A stretch of DNA of 64,000 bases from an uncultured Gemmatimonadales bacterium. GTDB taxonomy: Bacteria > Gemmatimonadota > Gemmatimonadetes > Longimicrobiales > Longimicrobiaceae. Made by a program: the position numbers and the translations under genes. The notes under the pieces were generated by a model. That model searched no databases and was not told where the DNA came from. It saw only the letters and a list, made by a program, of their open reading frames with translations. Location of the stretch: the NCBI GenBank assembly GCA_963716255.1, contig OY970303.1, forward strand, positions 7,840,001 through 7,904,000, in the 5' to 3' direction. Below are positions 1-8,669 of the stretch, piece by piece. The first letter of the stretch is position 1. Every line of letters starts with the position of its first letter.

Positions 1-2
1 TG

Positions 3-161
3 GTGTTCCGCTACAGCTTCCGGACGCGCTGGCCGCTGCTGCGCCCCCTCCTGGACCCGGCGATCTCGATGGTGTTCGGCCGCGACGTCGCCGCGCGCGT
101 CCGCGCCCTGAAGCACGCCGCCGAGGAAACGGACCTCCTGCGGCGCTTCGCGGCCCGCTGA
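3..161 (+). CDS. 3' end of a CDS entering from the left; possibly SRPBCC/polyketide cyclase-like
   Basis: Open frame VFRYSFRTRWPLLRPLLDPAISMVFGRDVAARVRALKHAAEETDLLRRFAAR* with high-GC codon usage. The C-terminal helix pattern resembles SRPBCC proteins, but only ~52 aa are visible. Confidence 0.45.
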   Translation: MFRYSFRTRWPLLRPLLDPAISMVFGRDVAARVRALKHAAEETDLLRRFAAR

Positions 162-170
162 GCGACGCAG

Positions 171-210
171 ACCCCCCTCCCCCGGCCCCTCGCAAGGGGA
201 GGGGAGAACG
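171..210 (+). repeat. REP-like palindrome, unit A (intergenic copy)
   Basis: ACCCCCCTCCCCCGGCCCCTCGCAAGGGGAGGGGAGAACG; same unit as the 5' half of the NRPS in-frame inserts. Confidence 0.75.
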
Positions 211-248
211 GCGACGGCGGGCGCCTGGGGAGGTGGGGGAGCCCCCCC

Positions 249-411
249 GCGAAAGCGATCGTGACCCGAAGGGCGGAGACCCGCGGGGCGGTTTCCGCGG
301 GGCTCCGTTCTCCTGGACACGGTCGTTTCGTGTCCAGGAGAATAGAGCGCGGTCCCCGGCCGGCAGTATCGGCCGGGGATTCGCCCGAACCCGCCCGAAC
401 CCGCCCGAACC
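249..411 (+). repeat. Divergent copy of the ~127-bp structured element, followed by three tandem CGCCCGAACC units
   Basis: CCCGAAGGGCGGAGACCCGCGG..., hairpins with GGCGGTTT, GGTCGTTT and GGCAGTAT loops, ending in CGCCCGAACC x3 (382-411). Confidence 0.7.
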
Positions 412-474
412 TTGTGATCCGGAATCGGGTACGGCTCCTGCCATGCAGCCGTAAAGCCCCGACCTGGAAAAACG

Positions 475-1395
475 ATGATCGAACACAGCGAACGCCACGA
501 CCCCGTCAGCCGCGAGGTGCTGCGCCAGGTGCGCCGCATCGAGCTGCGCACGCGCGGCGCGGTGGATTCGCGCTTCAGCGGCGAGTACCAGAGCGTGTTC
601 AAGGGCCAGGGGCTGGAGTTCGTGGAGGTGCGCGAGTACCTGCCCGGCGACGACGTGAGGACCATCGACTGGAACGTGTCGGCGCGGACGGGCGTGCCGC
701 ACGTGAAGCGCTACGTGGAGGAGCGCGAGCTGTCGCTGCTGCTGGTGGTGGACTTCTCGGCGTCCATGCGCTTCGGGACGGTGGAGCGCTTCAAGAGCGA
801 GCTGGTGGCGGAGGTGGCGGCGGTGCTGGCGATGTCGGCCATCCGCAACAACGACCGGGTGGGGCTGCTGGTGTTCGCGGACGGGATCGAGCTGTTCCTC
901 CCCCCGCGCAAGGGCCGCCGCCACGTGCTGCGGCTGATCCGCGAGCTGCTGGCCTTCCGGCCGGCGGGGCGGGGGAGCGCGGCCGCGGCGGCGCTGGAGT
1001 ACGCCATGCGGGTGCTGCGCTCGCGCTCCATCGTGTTCCTGTTCTCGGACTTCCGCTTCGGCGGGGAGTGGGCGGGCTTCGAGCGCGGCCTGCGCACGGC
1101 GGCGCGCCGCCACGACGTGGTCGCGGTGCGCCTGGCGGACCACCGCGAGGAGGTGCTCCCGGACATGGGGCTGCTGCGCGTGGCGGACCCGGAAACGGGC
1201 GGGACGCTGCTGCTGGACACGGGCCGGCGCGACGTGCGCGAGGCGTACGCGCGCGCCGCGGCGGAGGAGCGCGACCGCGCCCGCCGGCTCTTTCGCCGCA
1301 TCGCCGTGGACGAGATCGTGCTGCATACCGGCGAGCGCTACGCCCCGGAGCTGCTGGCGTTCTTCCAGCGGCGCGAGACCCGCCTGCGCCGGTGA
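475..1395 (+). CDS. DUF58 family protein (MoxR/VWA-associated)
   Basis: GEYQSVFKGQGLEFVEVREYLPGDDVRTIDWNVSAR and DFSASM motifs; context next to VWA genes. Confidence 0.92.
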   Translation: MIEHSERHDPVSREVLRQVRRIELRTRGAVDSRFSGEYQSVFKGQGLEFVEVREYLPGDDVRTIDWNVSARTGVPHVKRYVEERELSLLLVVDFSASMRFGTVERFKSELVAEVAAVLAMSAIRNNDRVGLLVFADGIELFLPPRKGRRHVLRLIRELLAFRPAGRGSAAAAALEYAMRVLRSRSIVFLFSDFRFGGEWAGFERGLRTAARRHDVVAVRLADHREEVLPDMGLLRVADPETGGTLLLDTGRRDVREAYARAAAEERDRARRLFRRIAVDEIVLHTGERYAPELLAFFQRRETRLRR

Positions 1396-2384
1396 GCCGC
1401 GTGCGGCGCGCCCGCCTCGTCCTCGCGCTCGTCCCGGCCTGCGCCGCGATTCCCGCCGCGGCGCAGCGCGCTCCCGCGGACTCCGCTCCCGCGCCGGTCT
1501 ACTCGGTGGGCGTGTCGCCGGACACCGTCACGGTGGGCGACCGCTTCCGGGTGATGCTGCGCGTGGAGGCGGCCCCGGGCACGCGCGTGGAGCTGCCCGC
1601 GCGCCTGGACAGCCTGCCGGTGCTGCACCCCGTGGGCCCGCCGCGCGACCGCGGCGACTCCGCCCGCGGCGACTTCGCCGCCGCCTACCCCATGGTGGCC
1701 TGGCGCCCCGGCGCGCTCCCGCCGCTGTACGCCCCGGTGCGCGTGACCCACGCGGACGGCCGCGCCGCCACGGCGCGGGTGCCGCTGCGCCTCCCCTTCG
1801 TGCGCTCCGTGCTCCCCGCCGACACCGCGAAAGTGGAGCCGCGCGGCCCCCACGACGTGCTGGGCCCGGACTGGGACCGGCGGCTGATGCTGGTGCTGGT
1901 GCTGCTGGCCCTGCTGCTCCTGGCGCCCGCGGGGGTGCTGGTGCGCCGCTGGCTGCGGAAGCGGCTGGCCCGGGGGCCCGCGCCGCCGGTGGACCCGCGC
2001 GCGCGCGCCCTTGCGTCGCTGGAGCTCGCGCGGCGGATGCGCCTGGCGGAGGCGGGGGAGTGGAAGCCGTTCTACTCGCTCACCTCGGAGGCGCTGCGCG
2101 GCTACCTGGACGCGCTCTCCCCGCGCTGGGGCGCGGACCTGACCACGGAGGAGCTGGCGCGCGCCCTGGAAACGCCGGACGTGGACGACGCCGACGCGCG
2201 GGTCGTCGGCGCGCTGCTCGCGGAGGCCGACGCGGTGAAGTTCGCGGGGGCGGCCTCCACCCCGGCGGCGGCGGAGCGGCACTGGCAGCAGGCGCGCGAG
2301 TGGGTGGCGAGCTTCGACCGGCCCGCGCCGCCCGCCGCGGACGACGGGGCGGATGCGCGCGCCCCGGCGGAGGTGGGGCGGTGA
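1392..2384 (+). CDS. Membrane-anchored Bat-cluster protein (signal peptide, one TM helix, C-terminal ADAVKFA domain)
   Basis: GTG overlaps the DUF58 stop (GTGA). Signal peptide, hydrophobic LMLVLVLLALLLLAP segment, LTTEEL...ADAVKFA motif typical of the gene after DUF58. The 261-1391 extension in the ORF track is spurious. Confidence 0.75.
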   Translation: MSRVRRARLVLALVPACAAIPAAAQRAPADSAPAPVYSVGVSPDTVTVGDRFRVMLRVEAAPGTRVELPARLDSLPVLHPVGPPRDRGDSARGDFAAAYPMVAWRPGALPPLYAPVRVTHADGRAATARVPLRLPFVRSVLPADTAKVEPRGPHDVLGPDWDRRLMLVLVLLALLLLAPAGVLVRRWLRKRLARGPAPPVDPRARALASLELARRMRLAEAGEWKPFYSLTSEALRGYLDALSPRWGADLTTEELARALETPDVDDADARVVGALLAEADAVKFAGAASTPAAAERHWQQAREWVASFDRPAPPAADDGADARAPAEVGR

Positions 2385-2385
2385 G

Positions 2386-2449
2386 GGCCCCCCGGCCCTC
2401 ACGCGGCGGCCTTAGAGCCGCCACCCTCTCCCAATTCTGGGAGAGGGGG
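2386..2449 (-). repeat. REP-like palindrome, unit B (intergenic copy, reverse orientation)
   Basis: Reverse complement reads CCCCCTCTCCCAGAATTGGGAGAGGGTGGCGGCTCTAAGGCCGCC..., matching the 3' half of the NRPS inserts (e.g. 36402-36454, 43007-43061). Confidence 0.8.
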
Positions 2450-2481
2450 CAACTGCTGGATCCTGCGGCTTCGTCGGAGCT

Positions 2482-2608
2482 GCGTGAGGGATTTCGGCCC
2501 GAAGGGGCGAGACCCGCGGGCAGTTTCGCGGGGCTCGACTCCGTTGCAGACGGTCGTTTCGTCTGCTACGGAGCCGAAGCCCGACCCCGCGCCAGCGGGG
2601 GCACGCCC
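2482..2608 (+). repeat. ~127-bp structured dispersed element, copy 1
   Basis: GCGTGAGGGATTTCGGCCCG...CTCCGTTGCAGACGGTCGTTTCGTCTGCTACGGAGCCGAAGCCCGACCCC...CACGCCC; near-identical to 3669-3796, 8454-8582 and 9344-9472. Confidence 0.95.
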
Positions 2609-2658
2609 GCCCCCTGCCGTTCCGCCGTATGCCGTTCTGCCGTCAAAGAGGCCACGAC

Positions 2659-3645
2659 GTGACGGTGGAGCTGGTGCACCCGTGGGCGCTCGCCCTGCTG
2701 CTGCCGGTGCCGGCGTACCTGCTGTGGCTGCGGCGCACCCGTCCGGCCGCGATCCCACTGCCCGGGGCGGCGGTGCTGGCTCACCCGGGACGGCGCGCGG
2801 CCAGGTGGTGGGCCCGCGTCCCGGAGCTGGCGCGCGTGCTCGCCCTGGTGCTGCTCGTGGTGGCGCTGGCCCGGCCGCGCACCGGGGCCGCGGTGACGGA
2901 GTCGCGCGCAGAGGGGATCGCCATCGTGGTGGCGATGGACGTGTCGTCGTCCATGCTGGCGGAGGACTTCCGCCCGGCCAACCGGCTGGAGGTGGCGAAG
3001 CGGACCACCGCACGCTTCGTGGCGGGGCGCAGGGCGGACCGCATCGGGCTGGTGGCGTTCGCCGGCGAGGCGCTCACCCAGGTGCCCACCACCACCGACT
3101 ACTCGCTGCTGATCTCCGCGCTCCAGGCGCTGGAGCCGGGCGCGCTGCGCGACGGCACCGCGATCGGGATGGGGCTGGCGACGGCCACCAACCGGCTGCG
3201 GCAGGTGGAGGGCGCCAGCAAGGTGGTGATCCTGCTGAGCGACGGCGAGAACAACCGCGGCGAGATCGACCCGCGCGACGCGGCCCGGGCGGCGGCGGCG
3301 CTGGGGGTGCGGGTGTTCACCATCGGGGTGGGGTCCGAGGGGATGGCGCGGGTGCCGGTGGCGCGCAGCGCCTCGGGGCTGCGCTACGCCTACCTGCCGG
3401 TGCGCATCGACGAGGCGCTGCTCACCGAGATCGCCGCGAGCACGGGCGGCCGCTACTTCCGCGCGACGGACACGGAAACGCTGCGGCGCATCTACGCGGA
3501 GATCGACCGCATGGTGAAGACGCCGGTGCGCGTGCGGCGCTACACGCGGCACACGGAGCTGTACCTGTTCTTTCTCCTGGCCGGCGCGGCGCTGCTGGCG
3601 CTGGAGTGGCTGGTGCGGGGGTCGCGGCGAGGGGTGGGACCATGA
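2659..3645 (+). CDS. batA: BatA-like VWA domain membrane protein
   Basis: N-terminal HPWALALLL TM, LARP, MIDAS DVSSSM, DGTAIG, LSDGENN, C-terminal TM. GTG start after an AAAGAGG RBS. Confidence 0.88.
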   Translation: MTVELVHPWALALLLPVPAYLLWLRRTRPAAIPLPGAAVLAHPGRRAARWWARVPELARVLALVLLVVALARPRTGAAVTESRAEGIAIVVAMDVSSSMLAEDFRPANRLEVAKRTTARFVAGRRADRIGLVAFAGEALTQVPTTTDYSLLISALQALEPGALRDGTAIGMGLATATNRLRQVEGASKVVILLSDGENNRGEIDPRDAARAAAALGVRVFTIGVGSEGMARVPVARSASGLRYAYLPVRIDEALLTEIAASTGGRYFRATDTETLRRIYAEIDRMVKTPVRVRRYTRHTELYLFFLLAGAALLALEWLVRGSRRGVGP

Positions 3646-3668
3646 ACGGCTTTGAACGGACTGGATTT

Positions 3669-3796
3669 GGGCGTGCCCCCGGCTGCGCCGGGGTCGGGCT
3701 TCGGCTCCGTAGCAGACGATACGACCGTCTGCAACGGAGTCGAGCCCCGCGAAACTGCCCGCGGGTCTCGCCCCTTCGGGCCGGAATCCCTCACGC
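3669..3796 (-). repeat. ~127-bp structured dispersed element, copy 2 (inverted)
   Basis: Reverse complement of copy 1 with few differences. Confidence 0.95.
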
Positions 3797-3811
3797 GGGA
3801 GGCCGCCTTCC

Positions 3812-4858
3812 ATGACCTTCTTCCGCGTGTGGCTGCTGCCGCTGGCGCTGCTCCTTCCACTGGCGGTGGGGGCGGGGATCGCGCTCGCGGTGCGGCGGCG
3901 GCGGCGGGCCGCGGACGCGTTCGGCGAGCACCCGCTGGTGCTGCGGCTTTCCGGGGGGCGCGACCCGGGCGCGGTGCCGTGGGCGCGCGCGGCGCTGCTC
4001 CTTCCCGCGGCGGCGGCGCTGGGCGTCGCGGCGGCGGACCCGCGCTGGGGGCGCGGCGGGGGGGACGGCGCCGGCGCGGCGGGCGGGGCGGAGGTGGTGA
4101 TGGTGATGGACGCCAGCAACTCCATGCGGGTGGAGGACGTGCGCCCCAACCGGCTGGAGCGGGAGCGCGCCGCGGCGCGGCAGATCGCGCACGGGCTCCC
4201 CGGCGGGCGCCTGGGGGTGGTGGTATTCTCGGGGCGGGGATACGTGCTCACCCCGCTCACCGCGGACGCGGGGGCGCTGGAGCTGTACCTGGACGCGCTC
4301 TCGCCGGAGATCGTGACGCAGGGCGGATCGTCGCTGGCGAGCGCGGTGCGCCAGGGGACGGACCTGCTCCTGGGCGGCGATTCGGTGAGCGCGGGGCGGG
4401 TGATGGTGCTGATGTCCGACGGGGAGGCGCTGGAGGAGCGCTCGGAGGTGGGGCTGGCGGTGCGGCGGGCGGAGCGCGTGGGCGTGACCATCCACACGCT
4501 CGGCTTCGGGACGGAGGGCGGGGGGCCGGTGCCGGACGTGGACCCCACCACCGGGCGCCGCCTGGGCTTCAAGCGCGACGTGGACGGCAGCGTCGCGGTG
4601 TCGCGGCTGGACCCGGGGATGCTCCGCGAGATCGCGGACGAGACCGGCGGGCGCTACCGCGACGCATCGGACCCGGGCGCGGTCGCCGCGCTGCTGCGCG
4701 ACGTCGCGGCCGCGCCCGCGGCGGCCCGGCGCCCGGACGGCGGCGGCGGCCCGCCGCCCCGCTACGAATGGTTCCTGGGCGCGGCGCTGCTGCTGCTCGC
4801 CGCGGACACCGTGCTGGCCGCGCTGGAGCGCCGCCGCGCGCTGGAGGTGCCGGCATGA
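3812..4858 (+). CDS. batB: BatB-like VWA domain membrane protein
   Basis: DPRWG, DASNSMRVEDVRPNRLE, LTPLTAD, MSDGE, GFGTEGGGPVP; follows batA. Confidence 0.85.
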   Translation: MTFFRVWLLPLALLLPLAVGAGIALAVRRRRRAADAFGEHPLVLRLSGGRDPGAVPWARAALLLPAAAALGVAAADPRWGRGGGDGAGAAGGAEVVMVMDASNSMRVEDVRPNRLERERAAARQIAHGLPGGRLGVVVFSGRGYVLTPLTADAGALELYLDALSPEIVTQGGSSLASAVRQGTDLLLGGDSVSAGRVMVLMSDGEALEERSEVGLAVRRAERVGVTIHTLGFGTEGGGPVPDVDPTTGRRLGFKRDVDGSVAVSRLDPGMLREIADETGGRYRDASDPGAVAALLRDVAAAPAAARRPDGGGGPPPRYEWFLGAALLLLAADTVLAALERRRALEVPA

Positions 4859-5595
4859 GGCGGCTCCCCGCCTCCCCCGGCCCGTCCCCGCAGGGGGGAG
4901 GGGAGAACGTCCGGCGCCGCTCCGCCGGGAGCCGCCGGACCCTCGCCGTCTGCGCGCTGCTGGCAGCCCTGCTCGCGGGGTGCGGCCCGGGGAACCGGCT
5001 GTACCGCCGGGGCGAGTACCGCGCGGCGGCGGAGGCGTACGCCGCCGGGCTGGCGAAGGGCGACGGCTCTCCGGAGCTGCGCTACAACCTGGGGACGGCG
5101 CTGCTGCGGCTGGAGGCGTACGACTCGGCGCGGGCGCACCTGGAGGCGGCGCTCCCGGGCGGAGGCCCGGAGGTGCGGCAGCGCGCCTCGTACAACGCCG
5201 GCAACGCGGACCTGCTCCCCGTGTTCCTGGAGCGCGTCCCCGACGACCAGCGCCGCCCCCGCCTGGAGCGCGCCGTGGCGGCGTACCAGCGCGCGCTGCT
5301 GCTGCGCCCCGGCGACCGGGACGCCAAGTGGAACCTGGAGATCGCGCTGCGCCTGCTGGCCCGGCAGCCGCAGGGCGGGGGCGGAGGCGGCGGGGAGGAC
5401 GAGGGCGGCGGCGGCGACGAGGAGGGCGAGCAGCAGGCCCCCGAGGCCGCGGAGCGCACCCCGCAGGGCGCCAGGGGCCTCACCCCCGCCGAAGCCGAGC
5501 GGATCCTCCGCGGCGCCCAGCGCGCCGAAGCGGAGGTGCAGGGCGAGAAGCTGCGCCGCGAGCCCCCGCGCGGCCGGGTGCTGCGGGACTGGTGA
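4855..5595 (+). CDS. BatC-like TPR lipoprotein
   Basis: ATGA overlap with batB; lipobox LLAGC; TPR motifs YNLGTAL, YNAGNA, AKWNLE; acidic/Gly tail; C-terminal ...RDW. Confidence 0.8.
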   Translation: MRRLPASPGPSPQGGGENVRRRSAGSRRTLAVCALLAALLAGCGPGNRLYRRGEYRAAAEAYAAGLAKGDGSPELRYNLGTALLRLEAYDSARAHLEAALPGGGPEVRQRASYNAGNADLLPVFLERVPDDQRRPRLERAVAAYQRALLLRPGDRDAKWNLEIALRLLARQPQGGGGGGGEDEGGGGDEEGEQQAPEAAERTPQGARGLTPAEAERILRGAQRAEAEVQGEKLRREPPRGRVLRDW

Positions 5596-5597
5596 GG

Positions 5598-5710
5598 AAC
5601 GGCAGGGAACAGGGTTCATCGGTTCACGCGCAGCGTGAAGCGCCACAGGGAACAGCCTGCAACGACACGGCGCCCGCACCGGGAGATCCGGGTGCGGGCG
5701 CCGTTGCAGT
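5598..5710 (+). repeat. Second repeat family (GGGAACAG / TTCACGC-GNA-GCGTGAA / long hairpin), copy 1; possible terminator
   Basis: Matches the reverse complement of 9519-9615; hairpin CGGCGCCCGCACC...GGTGCGGGCGCCG. Confidence 0.8.
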
Positions 5711-5740
5711 TCATGCAGTACCCGTATGATGCGGTTCGGA

Positions 5741-5858
5741 GGGAGACTCGCCGGCGGTTTGGCGAGGCTCACTCCGGCGCAGGGAGACACCGGGGCTGTT
5801 TCCGGTGTCTCCCGGAGCCCGCGGAGGAGACCGGCGGGGCCGTTTCCGCCGGGCTCCG
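5741..5858 (+). repeat. Three hairpins with GGCNGTTT loops, related to the ~127-bp element
   Basis: CTCGCC-GGCGGTTT-GGCGAG; GGGAGACACCGG-GGCTGTTT-CCGGTGTCTCCC; CCGGCGG-GGCCGTTT-CCGCCGG. Confidence 0.7.
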
Positions 5859-5891
5859 CAGCGGCCCGCTACGACACGAAGATTCCAGCCA

Positions 5892-7166
5892 TCACGCGGC
5901 CCGGAGCCAGTGCCCCAGCTCGCGCAGAGACGGCTTCTTGCCGGTACTGAGAATCCCGATGCGGTAGATCTTCCCCGCGACCCACGCCACGACGACGACC
6001 GCCACGAGCGTCCCCAGCAGCGACACCCCGATCTGCCAGGCGGGCACGGCGGAGGCGGCCATGCGCATGGGCATGGTGACCGGAGCGGTGAAGGGGATCA
6101 TCCCCAGCGCGGTCGCCGTGGTGCCCAGCGGGTCGCTGATGACCTGCCGGAGGAAGACGAGCGGGACGATGAGCGGGAGGAGCACCACCGTCTGGAACTG
6201 CTGCGCCTCCTGCTCGCTGTTGACCGCCGCGCCCACCGCCGCGAAGAGCGCGGCGTAGAGCAGGTAGCCCAGGAGGAAGAAGGCGACCGCGGAGGCCAGC
6301 ATCCACGGGTCCACCTGGAGGCTGGACAGGGCGTCGGCGCGGAGCCCCAGCCGCCCGGCGATCAGCTCCGAGCGGGTGGCCCCCAGGGCGCCCAGGAGCC
6401 CCCAGATGGACACCTGGAGGACGGCGACGGCGCCCACGCCCAGGATCTTGCCGGCCATGAGGTGGGTGGCCTTCATGGAGCTGACGATCACCTCCACGAT
6501 GCGGTTGGTCTTTTCCTCCAGCACGCTGCGCATGACGTTCATGCCGTACAGGAGCACCAGCACGTACACCATCATCCCCAGGATGTAGCCCAGGAAGAAG
6601 GTGGACTTTGCGCTCTCGGCGGTCTCGCCCTGGTCGGTGACGCGCAGCGTGTGGACGTCCACCGGGCGCAGCAGCGTGGCCACCTCCACCACGTCCAGCC
6701 CCTGCGCGCGCATGCGCGCCGCCTGCACCGCCTGCGACACGGCCACGCGGACGTCGCTCTCCACCTCGAAGTTGGACAGGTTGCGCGCCCGGAACTCGAT
6801 CTCGTTGCCCTGCACCACCCCGGCGGGGAGGTACAGGTAGCCGTCGATCTCCTCGGCGCGCACGCGGCGGTTCAGCTCCTCGCGCACGGAGGCCAGCGGC
6901 CCGGGGACGCGCTCCAGCCGGTAGGTGTAGGCGTCCCCGGCGGCGGCGGCGGGGGGGCGCGACAGGGTCTGCACCACGTAGTCGGCGATCCCCGGGGGCG
7001 CTTCGTCCACCACCACCAGCGAGCGCTCCCCGCCGGTGCTCATGAGCGCGGGGAGCAGGGTGAGCCCGCCCATGAACAGGGGGAGGAGGAGCGTGGTGAG
7101 CAGGAAGCCGCGGGTGCGCACCCGCTCCATGAACTCGCGCTTGAGGACGACGAGGATCTCAGACAT
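5892..7166 (-). CDS. ABC-2 type transporter permease (NatB/YhaP-like)
   Basis: KREFMERVRTRGF, VLEEKTNRIVEVIVSS, GKILG, multiple TM helices, KIYRIGILSTGKKP. Confidence 0.92.
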   Translation of the reverse strand: MSEILVVLKREFMERVRTRGFLLTTLLLPLFMGGLTLLPALMSTGGERSLVVVDEAPPGIADYVVQTLSRPPAAAAGDAYTYRLERVPGPLASVREELNRRVRAEEIDGYLYLPAGVVQGNEIEFRARNLSNFEVESDVRVAVSQAVQAARMRAQGLDVVEVATLLRPVDVHTLRVTDQGETAESAKSTFFLGYILGMMVYVLVLLYGMNVMRSVLEEKTNRIVEVIVSSMKATHLMAGKILGVGAVAVLQVSIWGLLGALGATRSELIAGRLGLRADALSSLQVDPWMLASAVAFFLLGYLLYAALFAAVGAAVNSEQEAQQFQTVVLLPLIVPLVFLRQVISDPLGTTATALGMIPFTAPVTMPMRMAASAVPAWQIGVSLLGTLVAVVVVAWVAGKIYRIGILSTGKKPSLRELGHWLRAA

Positions 7167-8115
7167 GCGCGGGCTCCGGCCGGCGGTGCGGGGTGGCGGC
7201 GTCGCCCACGCGGGCGACGAAGATCTCGTGGAGCGAGGGCTCCACCCGCTCGAAGCGGACCAGCGGGGCGTCCAGCGCGGCGAGCGCCGCGAGGAGCTGC
7301 CGCGAGTCGGCGCCGGGCTTCAGCTCCACCTCCCACCCCTCGCCGGCGCGCGTGATCGCGCCGAAGCGCAGGTCGCGGCCCAGCGCCTCGCCGACCGCCG
7401 CGGAAGGCTCGTCGAAGGCGAAGGCGTAGCGGTTGGTGCGGTTGGCGCGCTTGACCTCGCGCAATCCGCCGTCCAGCACCTTGCGGCCCTGCGCGATGAT
7501 GCACACGTCGTCGCACAGCTCCTCGGCCTGCGCCATGTTGTGCGTGCTGAAGATGACCGTCCTGCCGCGCTGGCGGGTCTCCAGGATGGTGTCGCGCAGG
7601 ACCTCCTGGTTCACCGGGTCCAGCCCGGAGGCCGGCTCGTCCAGGATTAGGAGGTCGGGGTCGTGGACCACCGTGGTGACGAACTGCACCTTCTGCTGCA
7701 TCCCCTTGGAGAGGGTTTCCACCCGTGCCCCGCGCCACTCGCCCAGCCCCATCTTCTCGATCCAGCGCTCCCCCTCGCGCCGCGCCGTGGCGGCGGGGAC
7801 GCCCTTGAGCTGCGCGAAGAACACCACCACGTCGATCACCTTCATCTTCTTGTAGAGCCCGCGCTCCTCGGGGAGGTAGCCCACGCGGCGGAGCACGTCG
7901 CGGTCGCGCTCGGGGTCGCTCCCCAGCAGCGACACGCGCCCGCTGTCCCGGACGATGATGTTCATCACCATGCGGATGGTGGTGGACTTGCCGGCGCCGT
8001 TGGGGCCCAGGATGCCGTAGATGGTGCCGGCGGGGACGGCCAGGCTGAGGTCGTCCACGGCGGTGTGGCCGGCGTACCGCTTGGAAAGGTTCTCGACGAG
8101 AAGGGCGTGGGTCAT
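7159..8115 (-). CDS. ABC transporter ATP-binding protein
   Basis: Walker A GPNGAGKST, signature LSKGMQQK, Walker B LILDEP, H-loop STH, C-terminal EPSLHEIF. Confidence 0.95.
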   Translation of the reverse strand: MTHALLVENLSKRYAGHTAVDDLSLAVPAGTIYGILGPNGAGKSTTIRMVMNIIVRDSGRVSLLGSDPERDRDVLRRVGYLPEERGLYKKMKVIDVVVFFAQLKGVPAATARREGERWIEKMGLGEWRGARVETLSKGMQQKVQFVTTVVHDPDLLILDEPASGLDPVNQEVLRDTILETRQRGRTVIFSTHNMAQAEELCDDVCIIAQGRKVLDGGLREVKRANRTNRYAFAFDEPSAAVGEALGRDLRFGAITRAGEGWEVELKPGADSRQLLAALAALDAPLVRFERVEPSLHEIFVARVGDAATPHRRPEPAHV

Positions 8116-8159
8116 GCGGCGGCGCGTTGGGGTGGGACGCTGAGATCGTGAAAGTTAAG

Positions 8160-8194
8160 CGAAAGCGAAAGGGGCCGCCACGGATGGCGGCCCC
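8160..8194 (-). terminator. Intrinsic terminator-like hairpin on the minus strand
   Basis: GGGGCCGCCA-TCCG-TGGCGGCCCC followed by TTTCGCTTTC on the minus strand. Confidence 0.55.
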
Positions 8195-8453
8195 CGCGCG
8201 TCGCCGGCCACGGACGACGCGCGCCGCCCTCCCGGGTGGGGAGGACGGCGCGCGCGGAGAGCGGAGGGTGGCGCGAGCCTCTCAGCCGTGCCTGCGCTGC
8301 TTGGCCACAGGGGTAGCGTCGGCGTTCTCGAGACTGCGCTCCGCACGGAGGATCGCACCCGCGCGCGCCGCCGCCAACGCCGCGGGTGCGAACGGCGCCG
8401 ACGCGGGCCGGGACGCACGGGACGGGGACGAACCGCCGACGCAGCGCGGAGCC

Positions 8454-8582
8454 GCGTGAGGGATTTCGGCCCGGAGGGGCGAGACCGCGCGGCTGTTTGC
8501 GCGGGCTCGACTCCGTAGCAGACGGTAGTTTCGTCTGCTACGGAGCCGAAGCCCGACCCCGGCGCCAGCCGGGGGCACGCCC
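8454..8582 (+). repeat. ~127-bp structured dispersed element, copy 3
   Basis: GCGTGAGGGATTTCGGCCCGGAGGGGCGAGACCGCGCGGCTGTTTGCGCGGG...CACGCCC. Confidence 0.95.
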
Positions 8583-8612
8583 GAACCCTGTCGTAGAAGC
8601 CGTCCACAGCCG

Positions 8613-8641
8613 TTGCCGTTTCCCCGGCCACCCCGTAGCTT
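8613..8641 (+). promoter_or_regulatory. Putative sigma70 promoter of upp
   Basis: TTGCCG-17 bp-TAGCTT, ending ~29 bp before the GTG start. Confidence 0.5.
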
Positions 8642-8669
8642 GCTCGCGCACCATCCACCGGAGAGCCCC

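Noticed and set aside
261..1391. N-terminal extension of the 707-aa ORF
   Set aside because: It overlaps DUF58 in another frame and reads through repeats; the coupled GTG at 1392 with a signal peptide is the better start.
8270..8295. TPP riboswitch or SRP RNA, based on GCTGAGA and AAGCAG words on the minus strand
   Set aside because: The other conserved elements (CCTGA...GCG for TPP; CAGG..GNRA for SRP) are absent.
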